From the human T2T-CHM13v2.0 reference genome, Homo sapiens: a stretch of DNA of 64,000 nucleotides. The translations under genes were made by a program, and so were the position numbers. The notes under the pieces were generated by a model, which saw only the letters and a list, made by a program, of their open reading frames with translations, was not told the origin of the DNA and searched no databases. The stretch lies in the NCBI RefSeq assembly GCF_009914755.1, contig NC_060935.1. The stretch is one strand, 5' to 3'. Positions 49,599 to 64,000 of the stretch are shown here, one piece after another. How positions within the stretch are numbered: position 1 is the first letter of the stretch; each line of letters starts with the position of its first letter.

Positions 49599-50211
49599 AA
49601 AATGTGCTAAACAGTAACACAGAAGCATATATGAAAGTCTAAAACACACTAGCAATGGTAAATATGTAGACAGACACAGAATACTGTACTACTGTAACAG
49701 TGGTGTGTAAATCACTTAATGCTGGCATAAAAGTTCAAAGACAATGTATTAAAAATAATTATAACCATAAATATATGTTAGTTGATACAGAATATAAATA
49801 GATGTAAACAGATATCATTTTATGAGTAGCATTACTAACTTAAAGTATAGGAAGAGAGAGTGTAGAGTTATATGCAATTGAAGTTAAGTTGCTATCAGCC
49901 TAGAATAGACTGTTTTAACTATAACATGCTTCATGTAAGCCCCATGGTAACCACAAAGAAAATACCTATACAAAATACACAAAGAAAAATAGAAAAGAAA
50001 GCATATCACTACAAAAAAATTCAATGAAGTATGAAGGAAGATATAGCAAGAGGAAAAAAGAGGTATGAAAGAATTACCAGACAGACAGAAAATAATTCAC
50101 AAAATGGCAATAGTAAGTCCTTTTCAATAAAAAATTACTTTAAATATAAATGGATTGAACTCCCTAATCAAAAGACACAGAGTGGCTGAAGGGATTAAAC
50201 AATAAGATCCA

Positions 50212-50520
<309 letters not shown>

Positions 50521-52220
50521 CCAACTATATGCTGACTATGAGGGACTCACTTTAGATTTAAGGACACACCCAGGCTGAAGCTAAAGGGTTGGGAAAACAG
50601 TGTTCTATCAAGTGGTGACCAAAACAGAAAAGGAGCAGTTATATTAGAAAAAATAAATTTTAAATCAAAAACTATCACAAAAGACCAAGAAGAACATCCT
50701 ATAATGATAAAATGATCAGTCCTCCAGGAAAATGTAACAATCGTAGATCTATATACATCCAACACCAGAACACCTAAATATATAAAGCCAGCATTGACAT
50801 AACTGAAGGCAGAAATAGACAATAATAAATAATAGAAGATTTTAATACCCCATTTTCAGTAACAAATAAATATGAGACAGAAAATCAATAAGAAAGCAAC
50901 AGACTTGAACAATACCATAGATTGAAAAGGCATAAACAAAACATTTCACCCAATAGCAGCAGAATAGACATTCTTCTTAAGTGCATGTGGATCTTCCTCC
51001 AGAATATAAATCACTGTTAGGCCCCAAAACAAGTATTAACAAATATAAAAAGATTGAAATCATAACAAGTATCTTTTCTGACCACAGTGGAAAGAAACTA
51101 GAAATCAACAGCAGAAGGAAACCTGAAAAATTCACAAGTATATGTAAATTAAACATCTAACCCATGAACAACCAATGAGTCAAAGAAGAAATCAGATATT
51201 AGCAAATTTCTTGAGACAAACAAAAACACAACATAATAAAAGTCATGAAATGTAGTAACAAAAGCAATTCTAAGAGGAAAGTGTATAGTTATAAATGCTA
51301 ACATTTAAAAAGAAGAAAGATCTCAGATAAACTAACTTTACACCTCACGGAACTAGAAAAAGAATAACAAACTATCCCCAAAGTTAGCAGAAGGAAGAAA
51401 ATAATAGAGATTTAGGGCAGAAATAAGTAAAATAGAGAAGAGAAAAACAGTTTTAAAAGTCAACAAAACTAAGAGGTTTTTTTTGACAAAATTAACAAAA
51501 TTGACAAATCTTTAGCTACTAAGAAAAAACAAGAGAAGACCCAAATAAGTAAAATCAGAAATGAAAAAGAAGACATTACAACTGATTTCATGGAAATAAA
51601 AAAGAACATAAGAGAATACTATAAATAATTATACACCAAAAAATGGATAATCTAGAAGAAATGGGTAAATTCCTAAAAACATACAACTTAACAAAACTGA
51701 ATCATGAAGATACAGAAAATCTGAACAGACTTATATAGTAAGGAGATTGAATTAGTAACCAAAAGCCTCCCAACAAAGAAAAGCCCAGGACCAGATGACT
51801 TCACTGATGAATTCTACTAAGCATTTAAAGAAGAATTAACACCAATCTTTTTCTTAATTTTAAGAAAAATTAAAGATGAGGGGACATATTCAAACTCATT
51901 CCAGAATTACCCTGATACCAAGCTGAAGACACTACAAACTATAGGCCAATATGTTTGATGAACACAAATGTAAAAATCCTCCACAAAATACTAGCAAAGA
52001 AAATTCAATAGCACTTTAAAAGAATAATATACCATGATCAACTGGGATTCATCTCTAGGATGCAAGAATGGTTCAACACACAAAAATCAATCAATGTGAC
52101 ATGCCACATTAACAGAATGAAAGATAAAAAAATACATCATCATCTCAATACATGCAGAAAAGCATTCAATAAAATTCAACAATCATTCATTATACAATTC
52201 TCAAGAAACTAGAAATAGAA

Positions 52221-54190
52221 ATTTGTTGTGTGTGTATTCCAATAAAACTTTCTTTATGGACACTAAATACATTAATTTTCATGTATCATAAAAGTATTTT
52301 TTTAACCATTTAAAATTTAAACCCAATTTTTAGCTCACAGGCCATAAAAAGCAAGCAGCAGGCTGGATTTGGCCCACAGACCATAGCTGGCTATATCTTA
52401 TACAGGCTTTTATTTGTTATGCAAAATGTTTCAAATTCCAGAGACTTTGGAGAGTTTTATTTTTTAGATTTCTCATTTTAAAATTTATACAACACAAGTT
52501 TTCTTTCTGGATAAATATACTCACGAGAGATAAAATAATTCAGAAAAAAATACAAAGCCTTACTTAAAAAAGGGAAAAGCTGTGAAACAAAATGTTTGAT
52601 CTTAAAACATACAATTAGGAAATGTAAAATTAAAGATGAAAATTGTTATGCTACGCAACATAAAACAATATGCAAAGATCTAGTACATAATTTCTTAGTT
52701 TTTACTTTAGGAAAAAGGCAACAAGAAAAAAGGTTTATAAATTTCTCAGCCTCTTTTATAAAAAGCTGCAACTGAAACCAGCAATCACTTACATGTACAA
52801 CCATCAGCCCTGAATATAATATGAATTATACCTAGGAACTGAAATTTACCTAGATGAGTTCTGGCTGTTTTCTTAAAAATGCACAATCACAGAACACTGT
52901 GGCTTCCACAATTTGTGACAATTGTGAAAAGGAAACTCCTAACTCCATAATACAAGTAAACAACAATACTCTTTCCATAGTTGTCATCCAGTATAAAGAA
53001 AATTTCACAGCCTGATTTAGCTTTATCAAAGGTAAAATGATTCACTGCTACATTTGCATGGATTACTTTGATCCTCAGTAGTTCCTAAACACAAAACAAA
53101 TTTTGCATAAACCTTTATCTGTTTGGGTTTTCCAAATCTAGATACTAATATGTATTAAACTGACAGGAGTCCACAGTCTAAAGAAAAATAAATTAAATAT
53201 AAAATGTTTACCAACTTTATCCTTTCTAATTTTATAGTAGCTTCAGGTATTGAGACCTAATTGGTTTCTTGTGCCTATCCATCATGAACACAACTCAATC
53301 TTCTATTTTAACACTCCTCATTGCCAAATTTCGGTGGTTGCTTCATTTCAAGATGTATAAAATCATTTTGTCCAACTTCAATCATTTGTTCTTCCCAAGA
53401 CTTCATTTCATTATCATAATGAATTTTATCATCTTTAGCAAGCTGAATGTATACTTGTTTTGAGAACTAGACAGATTTTTCCAGTTTTCATTTACAGTCT
53501 TCAGCTTTGCCTGTGATGAACCATCCTTAGCTTCTTGGAAGCTTTCAGATACAAAAATGTTGTAAGCTGAGCAAGATCTTTCTGGTTTTCCAAGCATTAT
53601 TAGCTTTCTCTTTTTTATTAACGCTTTCTTTTTTTAAAGTTTTTGCATGATTTCTTTTCCAAAGATATTATCTGACTTGGAGTTAGCTGTTGCTGAATTC
53701 TGTTTATCTCTTCTCTGAATGCCTGCCAGACTGCCCTGTTAGCATCTTCATATATTTTTTTCTCTGAATCAGCAAGTTCTCTCCATAGCTCAGTGATTCT
53801 TTTAATTAGTTCTGAATTTTTTGCATCTGGGTTCTGAACTTTAAATATGAGTAGCTGTTCTTTCAAAAATCGAAGGTAAGACACCATAGGTTTCTTCAGA
53901 TAACTAGCTAAGGTGGATGAAAACCATTTCAGTAAATACACAAAACTGAAAGGTAAGCACAGTCAACTTCCACAGCCAGTGCACAGCTCCACTCTGGACC
54001 TTCACTGGGCACTCAGCATGCCCCACATGCTTCGAAGAAGGCCATCGCACTGGCAAATGAGGCAGTGACTGAGCCCCAATCTCGGAGAGCCTCCTGGCAC
54101 AGAAAAACCCCTGCAGTGACAACTAGAACCCTCATGCGACCCTCCTTTCTTTATTATCATACCTGCCACTTGAAAGGCACTATGGTAAGT
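52221..54190 (-). pseudogene. TFAM: Processed pseudogene of mitochondrial transcription factor A (TFAM): 5'UTR, intronless CDS 54045-53308, and ~1.1 kb presumed 3'UTR. Possibly the annotated TFAMP2 (not verified)
   Basis: ORF fragments [36 protein letters not shown]...[11 protein letters not shown] and [24 protein letters not shown]...NWKNLS match HMG boxes 1 and 2 of TFAM. ATGGCCTTCTTCGAAGCATGTGGGGC at 54045 and GAGGAGTGTTAA at 53308 match the TFAM start and stop. About three 1-nt frameshifts, no introns; interrupts an L1 with an imperfect TSD. Confidence 0.95.
52235..52395. mobile_element. MER58B-like hAT fragment at the 3' end of the TFAM retrocopy
   Basis: ccaataaaacttt...ttatggacac...ggctggatttggcccacagaccatag. 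Confidence 0.65.
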
Positions 54191-54404
54191 CTGGAATAGA
54201 AAGAAATTACCTCAACATATAAATGTCATCTGTGAAAAGCCCACAGCTAATATCATACTCAATAATAAGAAAAAATTGGAAAGCTTTTCTTCTAAGATCA
54301 GAAACAAAGCACTGAAGCCTACTCTTCCATTCAACATGGTACTAGATGCCTTAGCCAGAGCAATTCGACCAGAAAAAGAAATAAAGGGCATCTAAATTGT
54401 AAAG

Positions 54405-54824
54405 TGTGTTAATCTGTTCTGGTGGCGCTATAAACACATACATAAGACTGGGTAATTTATAAGGAAAAGAGGTTTAATTGGCTCATAGTTCTACAGGCTG
54501 TACAGAAAGCATGATGCCAGCATCTTCTTGGCTTATGGTGAGAACTCAAGGAGCTTTTACTCATGATAAGTGAAGGCAGATTAGGCATATCACGTGGTGA
54601 GAGTGGGAATAAGAGAGAGAGAGAAGGGGTGCCACACCCTTTTAAACAACCAAATCTTGGGTGAACTCAGAGCTAGAACATACTCATCATCAAGGGGATG
54701 GTGCTAAGCCATTCATAAGGGATCCTCCCCGATAATCCAAACACCTCCCACCAGGGCCCACCCCCAGTACTGAGGATTACATTTCAAGGAGAGATTTGAG
54801 GGGACAAACATCTAAACCAAATCA
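54405..54824 (-). mobile_element. MST-family solo LTR
   Basis: agactgggtaatttataaggaaaagaggtttaattggctcatagttct...gggacaaacatctaaaccaaatca. Confidence 0.85.
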
Positions 54825-55283
54825 GAAAGAAATAAGTAAAATCTTCTCTGTTTGCAGACAGTGTTATCTTGTAGAAAACTTTAATGATGCTACCAAAAAA
54901 ATACCTTATAACTAATAAAATAATTTGGTAAAGTTGCAGAATACAAAGTCAACATATAAAACATATCAACATATAAAACATATCAACATATAAAATCCTG
55001 TTGTGCTTCTATACACTAACAACAAACTACCCAAAAAATTTTTAAGAAAACAATTTCATGTACAATGGCATCAAAATAATAAAATATTTAGGCATAAATT
55101 TAACCAAGGAGGTGAAAGACATACACTGAAAACTACAATTCACTGTTGAAACAAATTAAAGAAGACACAAATAAATGGAAAGACATTCCACGTACATGAA
55201 TTACAAGACTTAAAATTGTTAAACGTTCATACTACCCAAAGTTATCTACAGAGTCAATGCAATCCCTATACAAATCCCAAATG

Positions 55284-56605
<1,322 letters not shown>

Positions 56606-58222
56606 TCAACTGACTTTTTTACAGAAATAGAAAAAAAATCCTAAAATTCATATAAAACCACAAAGGAACTAGAACAATCTTGAGAAAAAAAAAAGAACAA
56701 AGCTGGAGTATCATATCAAAGTATAATATCAGAATTGGAGCATCATATCAAAATACATTACAAATCTATTTGTACTAGTACTGGCATCAAGACAGAACAA
56801 TGGAACAGAATAGAGAACTCAGCAATAAATCCACACATATAGAGTCAATTGATATTCAACATGAGTGTCAAGAATATATGACAGGGTAATAATTGTCTCT
56901 TCAATAAATGGCGTTTGGGAAAACTGGATATTTACATGCACAATAATGAAATCGGACCTTTATATTAGACCATACACAAAAATAAACTCAAAATGGATTT
57001 AAGACTTACATTTAAGACCCCAAACTGTAAAAGTTCTAGAAAGAAAAAAACACACAAGGGAAAATCGTCATGACATTGGTCTTGGCAATGGTTTCAAGGA
57101 TATAACACCAAAAGCACAGTCAACAAAGAATAAACAAGTGCAGTCAACAAAGAATAAACAAGTGAGACTACATTAAACTAAAAAGCTTCTGCACAGCAAA
57201 TGAAGTAATCAACAGAGTGAAGGGATCACATACAAAATGGGAGAAAATATTTGCAAACCACATATCTATGAATGGGTTAATATCCAAAATATATAAGGAA
57301 CTTCTACAACTCAATAGTTTAAAAAAAAAACTAAAAACCTGATTCAAAAATTGACAAAGGACATAAACAAACATTTTTCTAAAGACATATAAATGACTAA
57401 CAAGTACATGAAAAAATGTTCAACATCTTTAATCACCAGGGAAATACAAATGAAAACCAGAATCAGATAGCTAACACCTCACACTTATTAAAATGACTTT
57501 TATCAAAAACTAGAAACAAAAGATAACAAGGGTTAGTGAAGACATGGAGAAACTGGAACCCCTGTAAACTATTTTGGATAATGTAAAATGGTGCAGTTGC
57601 CATGATAAACAGTATGAAGTTTCCTCAAAAGATTAAAAATAGAACTATCATGTGATCCAGCAGTCCAACTTTTGAGTACTTATCCAAAAGAATTGAAAAA
57701 AATTGAAAGAATTGAAATAGGCTCTATAAGAGATATTGTACTCCCATAATACATTGCAGCATTATTCACAAAAGTCAAAATGTGGAAACAACCTAAATGT
57801 CCATCAACAGAGGAGTAGATTTTTAAAGTGTTATAAACACAGAATGAAATATTATTCACCTTAACAAAGAAGGAAATTCTGCCATATATAGCAACATAGA
57901 TGAGCCTTAAGAACATTATGCTAAGTGAAGTAAGCCAGCCACAAAAACACTAATAGTACATTTGTGTACTTTTAGGAAGTATCTAAATTAGTCAAACTCA
58001 TACAAGCAGGAAGTATAATAGTGGTTGCCAAGGGCTGAGGGGAGGAAGAAATAAGGAGTTGCTGTTCAACGGCATAAGATTTCAGTTACTCAAGATTAAT
58101 AAATTCCAGAGATATGTTGTATAACATTATGTCAATAGTTAGCAATACTGCATTATACACTTTAAAAATGTTGTCAAGAGAGTGGATCTCATGTTAAGTC
58201 TTCTTACCACAATAAAAAAAAA

Positions 58223-59750
<1,528 letters not shown>

Positions 59751-59936
59751 AGATAAGTTATGGAGGTTGTCATTCTCAAGACCATGCAGTGTAGGCTCAG
59801 CAGAGGTCACTTGCTCAACCCCAACATTGAGCACTTCCTTAAATTTTCTGCCCTTAGATGCCTTGCTAGCCCCTCGCTCTAGTCTTGGCCCTGGCCGTGT
59901 GAATTCATGAGGCATTACATGAAAGGTACTTAACAT

Positions 59937-59971
59937 ATACACCTACTATGTACCCACAGAATAAAAAGTAA
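59937..59971 (+). mobile_element. Ultra-short L1 (PB/MA) 3'-end insertion
   Basis: atacacctactatgtacccacag plus A-rich tail between a perfect 15-bp TSD aaaggtacttaacat. Confidence 0.75.
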
Positions 59972-62309
59972 AAAGGTACTTAACATGACCACATACCAAG
60001 TGCTTAGTAAGTGTTTGTGGTTATGATTATTAAACATCAAGAACGTGCCAGTCTTGGGACATATAAATAATAGCTAAAGTGTACTGAGTACAGGAACCAG
60101 GCCTTATTCTAAACACTTTCTATGAAGATTAGATAATTGCCCAAATACATCCACTAGTAAGTAGAGCAGCCTTTAAAAAATGTACAGGGAGCCTGGCTCC
60201 AGTGCCACTGTATTAAACTGCATCATTAGTGAGAGTGTAAAGATGGCCAGGATACATTCATTTTAATTAGTAATTCATTATGAACCATAAAGATGTTCAT
60301 CAAGACTATAACAGCGTAGCAGTAAAGATGAGAAATCCCATTGGTTTACAGAGAATTGTAAGTTCATCTGAGGATGGGCAAGACTTCAGAAAGGGTTCAT
60401 TCCCTTACCACCACTACCTGCAAGTTTCAGGATGGAAAGGAGCTTGCTGGGATGAAGAAGCGAAGAGAGAGCATTCCGAGTAGGCAGAGTAAAAATGAGT
60501 AAGAGCGAGTGCTGAAACCAGTCTAGCAGGTTCAGGAAATGGAATTCTGCTGTGGAGCCTGTAGAGTGGCACAATGCTGGCGCTTAGAGTTACCTAACAG
60601 AGCTCAGTGTGAAGGGTTTTCTACACCATACTGGAGTCAGAGCTTTGTTCAAAAATGAAGAGGAAGCCAGCAGAGGTCCTAAAGCAAGAGTAAAGCACAC
60701 AGATAGGAGGTGGGGAGATCTTTCACAAAGAAATTAGATTTGACAACAAACGATAGACAACTATCTCTTAGACAAGCTGTCTCTTGATACGCCATAGTAA
60801 TTTACTGACTTTAAAGCTCCCTTACTGAAGAGCTTGAAAAATATTGAGCTTTCCCTTTGGATATTCATGACAACTGCTTTCATAATTTCTTTTATGTGGT
60901 TAATGTAATGTTTTCTATTTATAAATGTACTATAAACTCAATGAGATAAAAAATTATCCTTTCATATGCCACTGGTTAAGCATTCCATTTCAATCCCCCA
61001 TTCCTTAGCCCAGATCTTAGTTTCAAGCATCATTTAAACAAAATTAGTTCAGGGTCAACAAAACAGTAGTTTTTAAATTTATCTCAAACATTATGTAGCT
61101 GACTAAACAAGCTTTCTTGAGAGTGCTTTAGGGTGAGACCCTTGTTTATCTGTTTGAAATTTCTGACCCACATGCTTGGCTGCAGATCAGCCAGGAAAGG
61201 AAAAATGATTTCTATCAAACTCACTTCTAAACAACAGCTCAATTCCCAGGATGTGAAAACACCATCTCTTACTTGCATCTGACCTTCTACCACCAGTTTC
61301 CTTTTGTCAACAATAGACTCTGCTAGTTCTGACACTGTTCCCTCACTCTGGGCAGCTGGTGCAGAGGTTAAGCACAGAACTGGACTGTTTGTATCAAGGA
61401 AATTCGTGGAGCTTGTTCTCCTGCCGCTGTAGCAGCTGGTATTGCCTGGTCTAATGTCCCTTCTTTGATTTCATTGTTAAGCCCTCAGGCTCTTTACTTG
61501 AAATTTGTAACAGGGCTGCTTCTTACAAGCTACCTGAGATACAGAAGGGAGCTATGCAAGAGACAGTGATTTATTTCACTCTTTTTCATAACGGTTCTTT
61601 TTCCATCACTAAAGGATCTGAAATACTCTTTGGAGCATGAAGTATGATACAGTTTATGGATTCATAGATCATTGGGTTTAAAGAATACCTAGAGTTTTCT
61701 GTATGGCATTCGTTCTGTGACAAGTTTGGCCTGAAACTAATAGTCTAGTCATTGTTGCAACACTTCCAGTGATGAGTCACTCTCAAGGTGGCTTGTTCTA
61801 TTTTGGGATGGATATAATTTTTCAAAAATATTTCTCACTCCATTGGTTGGAATTGTTTGTCCTTCCATAGACTGACTGTAAAATATCAAAAGATTATATT
61901 ATCTCTCTGTTTTTTTCTTTTCCAGGCTACACTAGGGTCATGGTCGAATCCATATTTTCTGTAGGATTACTGTTTCCTTATCTTTAAAGTACTGACATTT
62001 TGCATCTTAGTAAAGCATCGGTTTTCTAACCTAAGAAAAAATGGAAGTGATAACATTAATACCTTCTATATTGTGTTATGAGGGCCAAATAAAATAATAA
62101 AGATGCAGTTACTATAAAAATATAGCATTCTCCAATGTCCTATATATGGTATCAGTATTATTAGAAATATAAATACCCCTGTAAAATCTCAGCTCAGATA
62201 ATATTTTACTTAGAGCAAATTACTCAGTAGTTATCCAAAAGAAACTGAGCTCAACAATCTAGTCTTAACATGAGGAAAGAAGCAAAACTGTCCCTCAATC
62301 ACTTCGATT

Positions 62310-63400
<1,091 letters not shown>

Positions 63401-64000
63401 CACCGAAAGGAAAGGGAGAAAAAGTTCAAAATGTAAACCATGGTTAAATTGTGAAAGACTTTGTACTTCATGCTAAAGAACTTGGAATTTGTCCTGCAGG
63501 CAGTAGGTTTTATGCATACAAAGTGATGTGACAAGTTTGTATTTCTTAAAAGTAACTCTAGAGGGACATGCAGGATGGAATAAAATGGGGTAAGACTAGA
63601 CGATGATAGATTAGGACAATATTGTAATAGTCCAGGTGAGACATAGCACCACCAGGTAGCAGAATGATCTTAGTGTCTGCTGGCCTAAAAGCAAGGTTAC
63701 TATAGACTCACTGGGGAAAGGAGATAAATGATCTTAAGAACCAAGTGATGATCCAAGTGATGGCAAGCAGATTCCAGTGTGTCCCGCTTTACCACTTGAT
63801 CAATGCATCCCTTGCCTGGACAGTTCTGGAGATATATTGATCAGCCCATTTCAAAACATTCACATTTCTCCAGGAAATGTTCATTGAGTGCTTCCACCAG
63901 TTAGGTAACAGGCCAATACTTGACCTAGACTCTATGGTTTAAAAAGAAAATAGATGGGATTGGGAATCAAAATACCTGAATTATTCAAACCCCGCTACTG

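Overview
Primate (almost certainly human) AT-rich, repeat-dense intergenic or intronic DNA. No intact protein-coding gene, RNA gene or CRISPR array can be supported. The only cellular-gene derivative is a full-length processed TFAM pseudogene (minus strand, ~52.2-54.2 kb), inserted inside an old near-full-length L1 that carries many nested insertions. Other main elements are a young 5'-truncated L1 (ACG/A type, ORF2 remnant), a Tigger1, a full THE1 MaLR provirus, solo LTRs, Charlie1, MADE1, about 14 Alus or Alu fragments, and MIR/L2 fragments. I found no convincing new biological system. The most notable signals are: (1) several locally templated or fold-back insertions (Tigger1 inverted insert, a 37-bp perfect palindrome, a self-complementary 29-bp minisatellite, an 81-bp copy-paste); (2) an old L1 3' transduction; (3) the apparently ancestral-like TFAM fossil; (4) weak candidate non-coding exons. 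Subfamily calls come from recalled consensus sequences, and many repeat boundaries are approximate.
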